NCBI GenBank assembly: GCA_035575515.1
Contig: DATLXU010000091.1
Coordinates: 1,638 to 65,637 of the forward strand
Length of the DNA: 64,000 bases
Direction: 5' to 3'
From: Blastocatellia bacterium
GTDB taxonomy: Bacteria > Acidobacteriota > Blastocatellia > UBA7656
Position numbers and translations under genes: made by a program. Of the stretch, positions 37,487 to 47,626 are shown in pieces (position 1 is the stretch's first letter; each line of letters starts with the position of its first letter). The notes under the pieces are model-generated. The model saw only the letters and a program-made list of their open reading frames with translations. It ran no database searches and was not told the origin of the DNA.

Positions 37487-38206
37487 CTAACCTTCCATCT
37501 CGACAGCGCGAGGGAAGAGTATGTTGTTTTCGAGATGAATGTGCTGGTGCAGATCGGCTTCAAACTCTTCAAGCGCATGATAGAGCGTCTGGTAGCTGAT
37601 GCAAGCATCATCCGGCAGCGTGAAGTCTTTCGTAAGACTTCGAATCGCGCGCAGCATATCGCCCGCCGCGTCGTGCTCGATCATCATCATGCGAACAGGG
37701 TTGCGCACGGTCCCGAAGAACGGCATCGGCGGAGGCGCGTTGCGATTCGCAGCCTCTTCAAGCTGCTCGACGTAAGGAAAGAGTATCTGTTCTTCTTTGA
37801 GCATGTGATTTATCAATTCACGTTTCAATTCAAAAAACAGCCCCTGAACGCGCAGCAGCTCAGGATGATTCTGGCCGTGCACAGAGCAGACTTTCGCAAT
37901 CAGCGGATCGAGCCGGTCAAGCTCGTCGCGCGTGAAGACGTGATGCTTGTCGAGAATGTAAGAGATCAATTCTGTGAGCGGCTCATTCTGCCAGTTTTTG
38001 AGCGCGCCGATTTCGCCACCGGCTTGAACAGATTGCTCAAGCGACTGCACGACTTCTTCGACCTTCACGCCAGCCGAAGCGCAGGCTTCCGTGAGCGATT
38101 TGCCGCCGCCGCAGCAATAATCAATTCCGAGTTTTTCAAACAGCCGCGTCGCGCTCGGAACCTCAAGCGCCAGCTCCCGCACCGTCTTAGTTGCATTGAT
38201 AGCCAT
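37487..38206 (-). CDS. ytfE: Iron-sulfur cluster repair di-iron protein (RIC; YtfE/ScdA family)
   Basis: The ScdA_N-type N-terminus is LFEKLGIDYCCGGGKSL, followed by two hemerythrin-like halves (HHVFTRDEL..., HMLKEEQILFP, EHDAAGDML, HIHLENNILFP). The start is set at MAINATK (ATG at 38206), 7 nt after GGAGG. Confidence 0.9.
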   Translation of the reverse strand: MAINATKTVRELALEVPSATRLFEKLGIDYCCGGGKSLTEACASAGVKVEEVVQSLEQSVQAGGEIGALKNWQNEPLTELISYILDKHHVFTRDELDRLDPLIAKVCSVHGQNHPELLRVQGLFFELKRELINHMLKEEQILFPYVEQLEEAANRNAPPPMPFFGTVRNPVRMMMIEHDAAGDMLRAIRSLTKDFTLPDDACISYQTLYHALEEFEADLHQHIHLENNILFPRAVEMEG

Positions 38207-38275
38207 AAAGCGTCCTCCGATCAAATTCTTTAATGCTTCGATTCAGAGTTTACGCCCGGCTGATTTGCAATGCAG

Positions 38276-38287
38276 TGACTTAAGTCA
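38276..38287. promoter_or_regulatory. Perfect 12-bp palindrome TGACTTAAGTCA upstream of the RIC gene (possible operator)
   Basis: A palindrome 70-80 nt upstream of the 38206 start. I cannot match it to a known regulator consensus. Confidence 0.2.
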
Positions 38288-38293
38288 TAGTTG

Positions 38294-38384
38294 GATGTTG
38301 GGTGTCAGGGGGGTGATGATTGCTATCGCCGGTAATCTATGAGGCTTCAATTCAAGCAGCAACCCGGCACCTGACACCCAACAC
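38294..38384. repeat. Hairpin built from GGTGTCA-type heptamers
   Basis: TGTTGGGTGTCAGG (38296-38309) pairs with CCTGACACCCAACA (38370-38383). It lies between the RIC gene and the Opp/Dpp operon end. Confidence 0.65.
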
Positions 38385-38391
38385 ATGACAC

Positions 38392-39510
38392 CTAATCTGC
38401 CTGCTGCACACGGATGCCTTTTTCGACGACGCGTTCAATGTCAGGCTCGGCGGGGCCGATTCTTATGCAGGCAGCGAAATGATTCAGCGTTATCTCGCGC
38501 AGGCGCGGCTTAATCTCAGCGCACTCTTTAATCGCATACGGGCAGCGCGTGTGAAAGCGGCAGGCCGAAGGCGGATTGATTGGCGAAGGCACGTCTCCCG
38601 TTAAAACAATTCGCTCGCGCTTGCTCTCAACCTGCGGGTCGGGAACCGGCACGGCTGAAATCAACGCGCGAGTATAGGGCATCAAGGGGCGGTCATAGAC
38701 TTCACGCGCCGCGCCAAGCTCGACTATCTCTCCGATATACATCACCGCGATGCGGTCAGCGATGTGACGCACGGCGCGCAGGTCGTGCGAGATGAACAGG
38801 TACGTCAGCCCGAACTCTTTTTGCAAATGTTCGAGCAGGTTGATTATCTGCGCCTGAATCGAAACGTCGAGCGCCGAGATAGGCTCATCGCACACGATGA
38901 AATCAGGCTCGACCGCCAGAGCGCGCGCAATGCCAATGCGCTGTCGCTGCCCGCCTGAAAATTCATGCGGATAGCGTTTAATGAATCGCGGGCTTAGTCC
39001 GACAATCTTCATCAACTCCTGCACGCGGCGGTCAACATCTTTGCCCTGCCTGAGTCCGAACGTCTTTATCGGTTCAGCGATGATTGAACCGACGGTCATT
39101 CGCGGATTCAGCGAGGCATACGGGTCCTGAAAGATCATCTGAAGGTGACGGCGAAACGGGCGCATCTCGCCGCCCGAGAGTTTCGCCAGATCAACAAAGG
39201 ACGGGGAACCTGCTTGCGGGTCGCGAGCCTCGCGCGGCGCGCGCTGTTTGTCGCCGTTCGCGCCGTGATAGAGCAACTCGCCATCGGTTGGCTCGACCAA
39301 TCTAATGAGCGCGCGGCCCGTCGTAGTTTTTCCGCAGCCTGATTCGCCCACGAGGCCGAGCGTTTCGCCCTTGGAGATGTCGAGTGATATGCCATCAACT
39401 GCGCGCACTACTTTTTCAGTTTCACGCCCAAGCATGCGCGCAACAACGCCGCGCGTCGAAAGATCGAAGTGAACTTTCAGATTGCGAATTGAAATCAATG
39501 GCTCATTCAT
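38392..39510 (-). CDS. Oligopeptide/dipeptide ABC transporter ATP-binding protein (OppF/DppF type, with an insertion)
   Basis: Walker A is GESGCGKTT, the signature is [15 protein letters not shown], and Walker B is [11 protein letters not shown]. The C-terminal oligopeptide-ABC Cys motif is [13 protein letters not shown]. Confidence 0.9.
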   Translation of the reverse strand: MNEPLISIRNLKVHFDLSTRGVVARMLGRETEKVVRAVDGISLDISKGETLGLVGESGCGKTTTGRALIRLVEPTDGELLYHGANGDKQRAPREARDPQAGSPSFVDLAKLSGGEMRPFRRHLQMIFQDPYASLNPRMTVGSIIAEPIKTFGLRQGKDVDRRVQELMKIVGLSPRFIKRYPHEFSGGQRQRIGIARALAVEPDFIVCDEPISALDVSIQAQIINLLEHLQKEFGLTYLFISHDLRAVRHIADRIAVMYIGEIVELGAAREVYDRPLMPYTRALISAVPVPDPQVESKRERIVLTGDVPSPINPPSACRFHTRCPYAIKECAEIKPRLREITLNHFAACIRIGPAEPDIERVVEKGIRVQQAD

Positions 39511-39520
39511 TTTTGCCCTG

Positions 39521-40501
39521 TTACCTCACCCAGCAAAGCGTCCAATGGCCTTCGCTTACTTCGTGATAAGGCGGGAACGCTTCGCGGCATTTATCAATCA
39601 CCTCCGGGCAGCGATCCGCGAACGGGCAGCGGTTCGCAGGCAGCCGCGCAAGATCGGGCGGCAGTCCCGGAATCTGAAACAACTCCGCTTGTTCCGCAGT
39701 CGGGTCGGGCACAGAGCGAAGCAGCGCGCGCGTGTACGGGTTCTGCGGGTTGGCGAATAATTCATCGGTGCGCGCTGATTCGAATATGTGCCCGGCGTAC
39801 ATAACGACAACGTGATCGGTCATCCCGGCGACAAGCCCAAGATCGTGCGTTATGAGTATGACCGACGTGCCCGTCTCTTCTTTCATCTGTTTGATGAGTT
39901 CGAGTATTTGCGCCTGAATCGTCACGTCGAGCGCAGTCGTCGGCTCGTCTGCAATTAAGAGTTTCGGCTTGCACGACAATGCCATTGCAATCATCACGCG
40001 CTGCCGCATTCCGCCTGAGAACTGATGTGGATAATCATCAACGCGCGAGCGCGCATCAGGAATGCCGACAAGCTCAAGCATCTTGATCGCGTGATTGTAA
40101 GCCTGCTCTTTCGTGTAGCCGAGATGCAGCCGTGTCATCTCCATCAGTTGAGTCGAGACTCGCAGGAACGGGTTGAGCGAAGTCATCGGGTCTTGAAAGA
40201 TCATGGCAATCTGCCCGCCGCGAATTCTTCGCAGATCATCTTCAGGCAGCTTTAACAAATCTCTATTCTCAAAGATGACCTCGCCGCCGGCGATCTCGCC
40301 GGGCGGGCGCGGAATCAATCGAACGATTGAAAGGTTCGTGACCGATTTGCCCGAACCCGATTCGCCTACGATGCCGAGCGTCTCGCCGCGCTTCAAATCG
40401 AAGCTCACGCCGTCAACCGCTTTCACGGTCCCCTCTTCAGTGCGAAAGTACGTCTTCAAATCTCGCACCGACAGCAATGTGTTGTTTCCGTTTGTGGTCA
40501 T
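39521..40501 (-). CDS. Oligopeptide/dipeptide ABC transporter ATP-binding protein (OppD/DppD type)
   Basis: [24 protein letters not shown] and [11 protein letters not shown], with C-terminal RCPFADRCP. Confidence 0.9.
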   Translation of the reverse strand: MTTNGNNTLLSVRDLKTYFRTEEGTVKAVDGVSFDLKRGETLGIVGESGSGKSVTNLSIVRLIPRPPGEIAGGEVIFENRDLLKLPEDDLRRIRGGQIAMIFQDPMTSLNPFLRVSTQLMEMTRLHLGYTKEQAYNHAIKMLELVGIPDARSRVDDYPHQFSGGMRQRVMIAMALSCKPKLLIADEPTTALDVTIQAQILELIKQMKEETGTSVILITHDLGLVAGMTDHVVVMYAGHIFESARTDELFANPQNPYTRALLRSVPDPTAEQAELFQIPGLPPDLARLPANRCPFADRCPEVIDKCREAFPPYHEVSEGHWTLCWVR

Positions 40502-40536
40502 ACAATTTTCAAATTTGAAATCTCAAATTTGCGATT

Positions 40537-41550
40537 TCAAACCTTCCTCATCTGCGGGTCGAGCGCGTCGCGCAACCCGTCGCCCAAAAAGTTCAGGCTG
40601 AACAAAGTTAATGCCATCATCGCGCCCGGCACTATTAACAACAGCGGATGAACGGCTATCGCCTGCGTGCCTTCGTTGGCGAGCACGCCCCACGAAGGCG
40701 TTGGCGGCTGCACGCCCAATCCCAAGAAGCTTAAAAATGCTTCCTGCAAAATCACTGACGGAACCGTCAGCGTCGCATAGACAATCACAGGCCCAAGCGT
40801 GTTCGGCACGATGTGGCGAAAGATTATCTTCCAGTTCGATACGCCAATGGCGCGGGCGGCTTCGATGAACTGCTCGTTCTTGATGCTCATCACCTGCCCG
40901 CGAACTATTCGCGCCATCGTCAGCCACGACACTGCGCCGAGCGCCGCAAAGAGCAAGAACAGACTGCGCTCAAAAAGCGCGAGCAGAATGACGACCAGAA
41001 TGATATAGGGCAGCGAGTAGAGCACATCAACTATGCGCATCATCACGTCGTCAACGCGCCCGCCGAAATAACCCGCTATCGCGCCGTATGCCACGCCGAT
41101 GACGAGCGACACGAGCGTCGCCACCAGCCCGACCATAAGGCTTATGCGGCTGCCGTAGAGCAATCGCGCAAGCAAATCGCGCCCCAGTATGTCAGTGCCA
41201 AGCGGGTGCAAACGGCCAGGCTCGGCAAGTCTGATCGTGAGGTCTTGTGTCTGATACGTGAAGCCGTTGTATTGATAGACAAGCCAAGGACCGATGAGCG
41301 CAAGCAACACGACGATAAGAACGATGATGCCGCCCGCAACGGCGAGCTTGTTTCGGCGGAGGCGTCTCCACGCGTCTTGCCAGAGGCTCACGCCTTCGAC
41401 AACACCGGCTTCTTCCATACGCACGACGTTGTTGCCTGAGCCGAAATCGCCGCCTACGATTCCTTCGGGAACCGCAACCACGCGGTCGCGCGCGTCGGGC
41501 GGCGAGTCGTCTTTAATAATATCTTTTGGTCTTCGCATAGTGCTCCGCAT
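40537..41550 (-). CDS. Oligopeptide ABC transporter permease (OppC/DppC type)
   Basis: The OppC-type N-terminal extension and EAA-loop FIEAARAIGVSNWKIIFRHIVPN. An alternative start, the ATG at 41538, has a better-placed GGAG. Confidence 0.9.
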   Translation of the reverse strand: MRSTMRRPKDIIKDDSPPDARDRVVAVPEGIVGGDFGSGNNVVRMEEAGVVEGVSLWQDAWRRLRRNKLAVAGGIIVLIVVLLALIGPWLVYQYNGFTYQTQDLTIRLAEPGRLHPLGTDILGRDLLARLLYGSRISLMVGLVATLVSLVIGVAYGAIAGYFGGRVDDVMMRIVDVLYSLPYIILVVILLALFERSLFLLFAALGAVSWLTMARIVRGQVMSIKNEQFIEAARAIGVSNWKIIFRHIVPNTLGPVIVYATLTVPSVILQEAFLSFLGLGVQPPTPSWGVLANEGTQAIAVHPLLLIVPGAMMALTLFSLNFLGDGLRDALDPQMRKV

Positions 41551-41625
41551 GGGTGTCTGGTGTCGGGTGCCAGGTTCCGGTTAAAAGGAGAAGCAACCGG
41601 CATCTGACACCCGGAACCCGGCACC
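41551..41625. repeat. Intercistronic hairpin built from GGTGYCN heptamers
   Basis: GGTGCCAGGTTCCGG (41566-41580) pairs with CCGGAACCCGGCACC (41611-41625) with one mismatch. It is preceded by GGTGTCTGGTGTCGGGTGCC heptamer units and lies between the two permease genes. Confidence 0.65.
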
Positions 41626-42620
41626 TACTCATATCTGATTCTCGGATCAATGTAGGCATAAGCAATGTCAACCAGCAGGTTGAATATCATCAGCGCAACC
41701 GAGACGAACGCCGTTATGCCTAGCAACAAAAAATGATCGCGGTTGTTCGCCGCTTCGACGAAGTAGCGACCCAAACCCGGCACGGCGAATATCGTTTCAA
41801 CCACAATCGTCCCGCTAATCAAAAACGCGAGCGCGGGTCCGGTGAAGCTCACAACGGGAAGTATCCCGCCGCGCAGCGCGTGGCCTAACACTACGCGCCG
41901 CTCTGATAAACCCTTCGCACGCGCGGTTCGGATGTAGTCTTGCCTGAGCGTTTCGAGCATCCCGCTGCGCGTCATTCGCGCGATATAGGCGACGTAAAGC
42001 GCCGCGAGCGTCAGCGCAGGCAGTATTAATGTCTTGAGCGTCGGGATTCGCAGGTAGCCCCACTCGGCGGCCCACTCCATTCGCGCGGGCGGCAGCCAGT
42101 ACAGCGTCAGGCTGAAGACAATCACGAGCAGCGGCCCCAGCACGAAGTTCGGTATCGAAACTCCCAACATCGCGCCTGACATCGTTAAATAATCGAGCCA
42201 CGAGTTCTGCTTGAGCGATGAAAGTATGCCTGTCGTCAGTCCTACGAAGAGCGCGATTAGATAAGCCGTGAGTCCCAGTATTGCCGACACGGGCAGCGCT
42301 TCTTTGATGATGTCATTGACGCGCCGGTCTTTGTATTTCGTGGAATCGCCGAAGTCCGGGTATGGATGCCACGCATAACTTTTAGTTTCGGTGTTGTAAG
42401 TGAAGCCGAACAATCGGCCCATGAAACGAAAGTATTGAATATGTCGCGGCTGATCGAATCCGTACTTCGCGTTGAGGTTCGCTTCAATCTCAGGCGGCAG
42501 CTTGCGCTCTTTGCTGAATGGCGAGCCGGGCGCGAGGCTCACCATGAAAAACGTGATCGTCAGCACGACGAGCACCAGCGGTATCATCACTATCAGTCTT
42601 CTTAAAACAAATCTCGCCAT
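41625..42620 (-). CDS. Oligopeptide ABC transporter permease (OppB/DppB type)
   Basis: RRLIVMIPLVLVVLTITFFMVSLAPGSP and the EAA-loop QDYIRTARAKGLSERRV. Confidence 0.9.
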   Translation of the reverse strand: MARFVLRRLIVMIPLVLVVLTITFFMVSLAPGSPFSKERKLPPEIEANLNAKYGFDQPRHIQYFRFMGRLFGFTYNTETKSYAWHPYPDFGDSTKYKDRRVNDIIKEALPVSAILGLTAYLIALFVGLTTGILSSLKQNSWLDYLTMSGAMLGVSIPNFVLGPLLVIVFSLTLYWLPPARMEWAAEWGYLRIPTLKTLILPALTLAALYVAYIARMTRSGMLETLRQDYIRTARAKGLSERRVVLGHALRGGILPVVSFTGPALAFLISGTIVVETIFAVPGLGRYFVEAANNRDHFLLLGITAFVSVALMIFNLLVDIAYAYIDPRIRYE

Positions 42621-42626
42621 CGCGCT

Positions 42627-44585
42627 TCACCTCATCGCTATCTGAGTCCGGTCGGACTCCGCAGTCCAGCCGGTATCAATCCAGATGTACTTGAACGGAT
42701 GCTGGTCGAGTATGTTTTCTTCGATGCCGCGCACGTAGGGTTTCTGAAGATAGAACCATGTGTAGATGTAAAGCGGCACAAAGGGCATATTCTTGAGCAG
42801 GTACGTTTCGCACTCGCTCAGTTTTTTCATGCGAAGCGCCGCATCGGTTGTCGCGTTCGCTTCCTTGAGCATCCGGTCGTATTTTTCATCGGTCCAGCCT
42901 GAGCCGTTGTTGACCGAGCCTGTGACGAACATATCGAGAAACGTGTTCGGGTCAACATAGTCGCCGTTCCACGCGCGCCGCGCCGCGCCCGCGTAGTGCA
43001 GGTTGTCGAGCGTTTCCAGATAAACTTTCCATTCCTGATTCACGAGCGTCACATCAATGTTAAGGTTCTTGCGCCATTGCTGCTGTACTATCTCGGCAAT
43101 CTGCTTGTGCGCTTCGAGCGTGTTGAAAAGTATCTCGACGTTCAAGCGGCGACCGTCGCGGCCCACGCCGTTCGCAAAACCTGCTTTCGCTAACAGCTCG
43201 CGCGCCGCATCAACATTGAAAGACAAAACATCATAACTCTTGCCGTCAACGTTCACGGTTAAGCTCTTCGGCGTTTCGTAGCCTTCAATCGGCGGCACAA
43301 GATTCAGAGCGGGAATCTGACCCGCGCTCAGAAAATCGGTTATCGCTTTTTTGTCGGTCGCCATGTTGAGCGCGTAGCGCAGCAGGACATTATCGAACGG
43401 CGGCTTCGTCGTGTTCAGCAGATAGTAGTAACTCGTGAAGGCGGGCGTGATGTGAAAATCCGCTTTCTGCCGCAACACGGTAATGAAAGGCTGCGGGACG
43501 GCGTTGGCCTGCATCATGTCGGCTTCGCCCGCTTTGTATATGTTCACGTTCGTCGTGTTGTCGTTTATTGGCAGTATCGTGATCTCGTCGAGCGCGACCA
43601 GATCGGCTTCGTAATAATTCGGATTCTTGACGAGCACGATCTTGTCGTAAGGCCGCCACTCTTTCATCGTGAACGCGCCGCTCGTGACGATGTTGGCGGG
43701 CTGCGTCCACGCGGATTCAAGTCCGTTTGCGCGAGCCGCTTCGATTGCCTGACGGGGAACAGGAAAGAAGATGTGATGCGATTGCATCTTTACGAAGAAA
43801 GCCGTAGGCGCTCGCATATCAACCTGAAACGTGAAATCGTCGAGCGCGCGAACGGCGAGGTCTTCGGGCGTGAATTTGACAAGCTCGGATTTCGCGGCGA
43901 GCGCAGAGAGCTTCTCATCTTTTTCAATCTCTTTCTCAGTCGCGGTAATCTCTTCTCCGGTTTCGGGATCAACTCGAAATCGGCCCGTCGCCGGATCGCG
44001 AAAACGCAGCTTGCCTGAATTAATCTCTTCGGCGTTCTTCACGTAGTAGAGCAGGCTCGCGTAATCGGCTGCCGTCGCCGGGTCAACTACGCGCCGCCAC
44101 GAATAGACAAAATCATACGCGGTGATTATTCGGCCATCGCTCCAGCGCGCGGGCACGTTGTCGGGCGGGGCCGCAATTCCGCGCGAAAAATCTTCTTTCA
44201 ATTTGCCCGCCGCGTATTCTTCGCGCAGCGTGTCCGTGTTCGGCAGTTTTATCCCTCGCGGAGCCGGGTGGCCGCGCAGGTAAAAGGTGAATTGCGTGTT
44301 ATCGGCGTTCGTTTCGTAGTGAGTTGCGAGCGCGGCCATCGGCTCAAGCGTCTTCGGGTGATACTTGGTCAGGCCCTCGAACAACGCATCAATGACATGG
44401 CTTTCGGGCACTCCGGTTGATTTCTGCGGATCGAGCGTTTCAGGCTCGGCGGCGTTTTCAAAAATTAATCGCTGCCCGTCGGGCGGCGTCGTCCTGCCGA
44501 AGTAGCTGCCGCTTGATGTGCAGGCAGAAATGATAATGAGGCTCGACAGCGCGAGCGATAATACGGCTTTGTGCCGAAGCTTCAT
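42627..44585 (-). CDS. Family-5 extracellular solute-binding lipoprotein (OppA type, 652 aa)
   Basis: Lipobox IIISAC. Size and position at the head of the permease/ATPase operon fit, as does the typical ENAAEPETLDP start of the mature domain. Confidence 0.85.
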   Translation of the reverse strand: MKLRHKAVLSLALSSLIIISACTSSGSYFGRTTPPDGQRLIFENAAEPETLDPQKSTGVPESHVIDALFEGLTKYHPKTLEPMAALATHYETNADNTQFTFYLRGHPAPRGIKLPNTDTLREEYAAGKLKEDFSRGIAAPPDNVPARWSDGRIITAYDFVYSWRRVVDPATAADYASLLYYVKNAEEINSGKLRFRDPATGRFRVDPETGEEITATEKEIEKDEKLSALAAKSELVKFTPEDLAVRALDDFTFQVDMRAPTAFFVKMQSHHIFFPVPRQAIEAARANGLESAWTQPANIVTSGAFTMKEWRPYDKIVLVKNPNYYEADLVALDEITILPINDNTTNVNIYKAGEADMMQANAVPQPFITVLRQKADFHITPAFTSYYYLLNTTKPPFDNVLLRYALNMATDKKAITDFLSAGQIPALNLVPPIEGYETPKSLTVNVDGKSYDVLSFNVDAARELLAKAGFANGVGRDGRRLNVEILFNTLEAHKQIAEIVQQQWRKNLNIDVTLVNQEWKVYLETLDNLHYAGAARRAWNGDYVDPNTFLDMFVTGSVNNGSGWTDEKYDRMLKEANATTDAALRMKKLSECETYLLKNMPFVPLYIYTWFYLQKPYVRGIEENILDQHPFKYIWIDTGWTAESDRTQIAMR

Positions 44586-44820
44586 TCACGACTCCATAAA
44601 GAGACAAATTTCACAAACGCAGTCGAGGCTGCGCCTGACAATTCGTTGACGCAAATCAACTCGCTCGCGTCCACGAATTAAGGGGAGGAGCAGTCCGTAT
44701 AGGCAGATTGTTTTTGAGTTCGGCTCAGGTTTATGCTTACAAACACCGTGCCGCTTTCGTCCTCTTCTAATTGATGAAATCGGTTAAAGTTATGTTGGCC
44801 CATTTGCGGTTATGAGAGTT

Positions 44821-44835
44821 TTGATCCCGGATCAA
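44821..44835. promoter_or_regulatory. Perfect 15-bp palindrome TTGATCCCGGATCAA in the divergent intergenic region (possible Crp/Fnr-family-like operator)
   Basis: TTGAT/ATCAA half-sites as in FNR/Dnr boxes, but with a 5-nt rather than 4-nt spacer. It lies about 230 nt from both flanking start codons. Confidence 0.3.
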
Positions 44836-45059
44836 TAAAAAAAACAGAGATGCCCGCAGAGGTGAAATTGCCTGTTTTTTCGGCCGTTTATCGGGCAATA
44901 TAATCACAATAATTATGGCGATTTGGTGGTGGTATAATAAAATCGTGTTGAAGAGATAAAGCCGATGAAGGGGGTTGCAACCTTCGGAGGCAGCAGCGAA
45001 TCACACATTCGCAATCAGCAAACACATTTTAACGAACCAGAGGGTAAGGGGATTTAAGG

Positions 45060-45677
45060 ATGAAAATGATAGCTCGCCAAACGTTCAAAAGAGTGCAGGC
45101 CGTCGCGCTTGCGCTGGTATTCGGTCTTTCAATCGTTGCTTCGGCAAGCGCACGGTCAAGCAACGCAACACAATTTCCAAACATAAGGATTAAAAACTTC
45201 GGCCAGATGGATGATCGCTTCTTCCGCGGCGGTCAGCCCAAAGAGAGCGACTACAAGGCGCTGGCCGATCTCGGCATCAAGACGATCATTGACCTGCGCG
45301 ACGACCCGACAAGGTACGAGAAGCGAATAGCTGAATCGTTGGGAATGCGCTACGTCAACATTCCCATGAGCGATTCGCGGTATCCGAGCGATGCGCAGAT
45401 TGACGAGTTTTTGAAGTTAGTCGCTGATCCGGCAACGGGCAAGTTCTTCGTCCACTGCGCGGGCGGTCGCCATCGCACGGGAGTTATGGGCGCTGTTTAT
45501 CGCTACAACTTCTACGGCTGGGATTACGACCGCGTTTATAAAGAGATGAAGGATTACGACTTCTACACTCGCTGGGGTCACGGCGCAATGAAAGACTACG
45601 TGCAGGATTACTACCAGCGCATTCAAGCAGGCCAGATTCACACTCAAGTGAGCGCAGCAGCTGGCGCGAGCCGCTAA
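45060..45677 (+). CDS. Secreted protein-tyrosine/dual-specificity phosphatase-like protein
   Basis: Signal peptide ending ASASA, and the CX5R P-loop HCAGGRHRTG. Confidence 0.8.
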   Translation: MKMIARQTFKRVQAVALALVFGLSIVASASARSSNATQFPNIRIKNFGQMDDRFFRGGQPKESDYKALADLGIKTIIDLRDDPTRYEKRIAESLGMRYVNIPMSDSRYPSDAQIDEFLKLVADPATGKFFVHCAGGRHRTGVMGAVYRYNFYGWDYDRVYKEMKDYDFYTRWGHGAMKDYVQDYYQRIQAGQIHTQVSAAAGASR

Positions 45678-45710
45678 TTTCGCAAGCATAGTCCTCCTTT
45701 CGTCGAAGAC

Positions 45711-45746
45711 AAAAGGCCGCTTCCACGCGGGCGGCCTTTTGCTTTT
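45711..45746. terminator. Bidirectional rho-independent terminator between convergent genes
   Basis: AAAAGGCCGC (45711-45720), a 10-nt loop, GCGGCCTTTT (45731-45740), then GCTTTT. Confidence 0.8.
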
Positions 45747-45772
45747 GAAAATAGAGAAGCTCCACGCACAGT

Positions 45773-46783
45773 TTATAATCGAGCGAGCTGATTGATTCGC
45801 TGACGCAGCGCCCTCACGTAGCCGTCAGCAGTTTCTTCATCGTAGCGCGCAGCGCGGAATGCGTCGCGCAACTGACTATCGGTCAACTGCGCAAGCAGTC
45901 GCCCTATCCATCGCGCGTGAGCTACGGGGATGCCGCGCATGTCTTTCTCTTTTTTCACCTCGCCGAAATAATAAGGCGGATAGAGGATGGAAACGACGCC
46001 TAATCCCGTCGGGCGCGTGTCGTAATCAAATTCAACAACGCCTTTCTTCACTCCGCGAACGAAATCCGTAGAAAGAAAATCTTCAAGGTTGTTCTTCGAC
46101 CGATTGCCGCCGAACCCATCTGCCTTGCCTAAGGTCGCGCCCAGATCTGCCACCACGTACCGGGCTTCCATTCGATTGCCGTTTCGCATAATCAGGATGC
46201 GGTTGTTGTTCTTCCGCGCGTCGTAGTTGTTCAGCAGGATCATCAGCGCCTTCAATCCGTTCAGCTCGCGCGTTCCCGCAAATGGGTTCTTGTTCCAGTC
46301 CCACGTCGGGCCGCGCACGACGTTTTTGCGGCGAGGCTCGAATCGCGCGCCGACCACAACATCCTTTCCAATTATGTATTCGTTGCCTCGCGACAAATGC
46401 TTCAATCCTTCTATTCTCACGCGCTCCAGGTAGTACGCTTCTTCGACAAAATAGCCAACCGCCCACAGCAATCGAGTCGCTACGGTTTCGGTCTGCGCTT
46501 CGGTTCCCAGTTTCACCTGCCACTCAACTCCGCGCGCGTCTTTGACTCTGAACTTGGGAGACTCGCCGCTTTTGTCTTCCTTGATGAACTTGAAAGGCGG
46601 CACAGGCGCGCGGCTCGGCAGGGCAGGCCCTGTGAAAAGGTCGCGCGACGCGATGCGACCCGGATTTCGCCAGATGACGGCGCGAGTTTTTATGCGATGT
46701 GGCGACTCTCCGCCTACAGGAAGCGTCGCAGCAAAAAGAACGCACAAGAGCAATATCGCGCAAAACAGTTTCGATCTCTGCAT
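45773..46783 (-). CDS. Secreted protein-kinase-like fold protein (paralog A)
   Basis: A signal peptide. EWQVKLG (beta3 Lys), TETVATRLLWAVGY (alphaC Glu), LLNNYDARKNNN (catalytic-loop D...N) and VADLGATLG (DFG-like DLG). Confidence 0.55.
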   Translation of the reverse strand: MQRSKLFCAILLLCVLFAATLPVGGESPHRIKTRAVIWRNPGRIASRDLFTGPALPSRAPVPPFKFIKEDKSGESPKFRVKDARGVEWQVKLGTEAQTETVATRLLWAVGYFVEEAYYLERVRIEGLKHLSRGNEYIIGKDVVVGARFEPRRKNVVRGPTWDWNKNPFAGTRELNGLKALMILLNNYDARKNNNRILIMRNGNRMEARYVVADLGATLGKADGFGGNRSKNNLEDFLSTDFVRGVKKGVVEFDYDTRPTGLGVVSILYPPYYFGEVKKEKDMRGIPVAHARWIGRLLAQLTDSQLRDAFRAARYDEETADGYVRALRQRINQLARL

Positions 46784-46837
46784 AAGGCGACTCCTCGCCC
46801 GATTTTATCGCGCGAGCGCGGCAATCATCACAGACCA

Positions 46838-47083
46838 TCACACTAATCTTGTAGGCTCGTCAGGTTTGGGATCGCCAATCGGCGGAGGGTCAGGTTGAGT
46901 GTCGGGCTTGCCGGGTTGATCGGGCGGCGTTTCAACCGGCGGCTGCGGCTCGCGGTCAGGTGGAATCGGCGGTATTTCGCGTTCACCGCCTGAGCCAGTG
47001 CCGGGCGGCGTATCAACGTCGGGATTCTGAGGTCTTCCGCCGCCCGTTGTGGGATCTTCGATGTTCGGGTTTCTACTCATCAA
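46838..47083 (-). CDS. Small Pro/Asp-rich protein
   Basis: An 81-aa low-complexity ORF immediately downstream of the stress-protein gene on the same strand. Coding status is uncertain. Confidence 0.35.
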   Translation of the reverse strand: MMSRNPNIEDPTTGGGRPQNPDVDTPPGTGSGGEREIPPIPPDREPQPPVETPPDQPGKPDTQPDPPPIGDPKPDEPTRLV

Positions 47084-47137
47084 TTGAATCTTCGATTCCA
47101 GCCCTCTTCTAAAACAATCGGCGCGAATCTGAATTCA

Positions 47138-47626
47138 TCACTTCACTTTTTCAGCGCCCGCCGCATCGAGCACTTTGCGCGCTTGATCAGCCCGGTCATC
47201 GTGCGTATAGACGCCGACAAGTATCCCTCCGCGTTCAATCTCTTCGTTATAAAACTTTGCTTCATGTTCCGGCAGTCCGAGTCCTATCAACGCGCCGGTC
47301 AATCCTCCCGCTGCTGCGCCCGCGCCCAATCCGGCGAGCGTTGCCACTATCGGCCCGGCTGCTACGAGTCCCAATCCCGGCACTGCGATTATTCCGAGCG
47401 ATACAAGCCCTGCGGCAACCGCGCCTAACACGCCGCCGATTGTCGCGCCGGTCGCTGCGCCCTCGGGCGCTTTCGTCGCCATCGCCAACCCGAACTCGCG
47501 CCCGCGCGTCGCGTCGCTCATTAATAAACTGATGTCATCGCGCGACCATCCGAAATGAACAAGGTCTTCGACTGCTCGCTCCGCATCCGCGCGCGTTTTG
47601 AATAATCCGGTCACCAGCGTTGCCAT
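47138..47626 (-). CDS. General-stress-type membrane protein (YflT-like N-terminal domain plus Gly-zipper TM region)
   Basis: GLFKTRADAERAVEDLVHFGWSRDDISLLM, then GATIGGVLGAVAAGLVSLG..GLGAGAAAGGLTGALIGLG. Confidence 0.6.
   Translation of the reverse strand: MATLVTGLFKTRADAERAVEDLVHFGWSRDDISLLMSDATRGREFGLAMATKAPEGAATGATIGGVLGAVAAGLVSLGIIAVPGLGLVAAGPIVATLAGLGAGAAAGGLTGALIGLGLPEHEAKFYNEEIERGGILVGVYTHDDRADQARKVLDAAGAEKVK

Noticed and set aside
40502-40536. AT-rich spacer TTCAAATTTGAAATCTCAAATTTGCGATTTCAAA between the ATPase and permease genes, considered as a regulatory palindrome.
   Set aside because: It sits inside a co-directional operon, and the 12-bp palindrome TTCAAATTTGAA is low-complexity. 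There is no evidence beyond the sequence symmetry.
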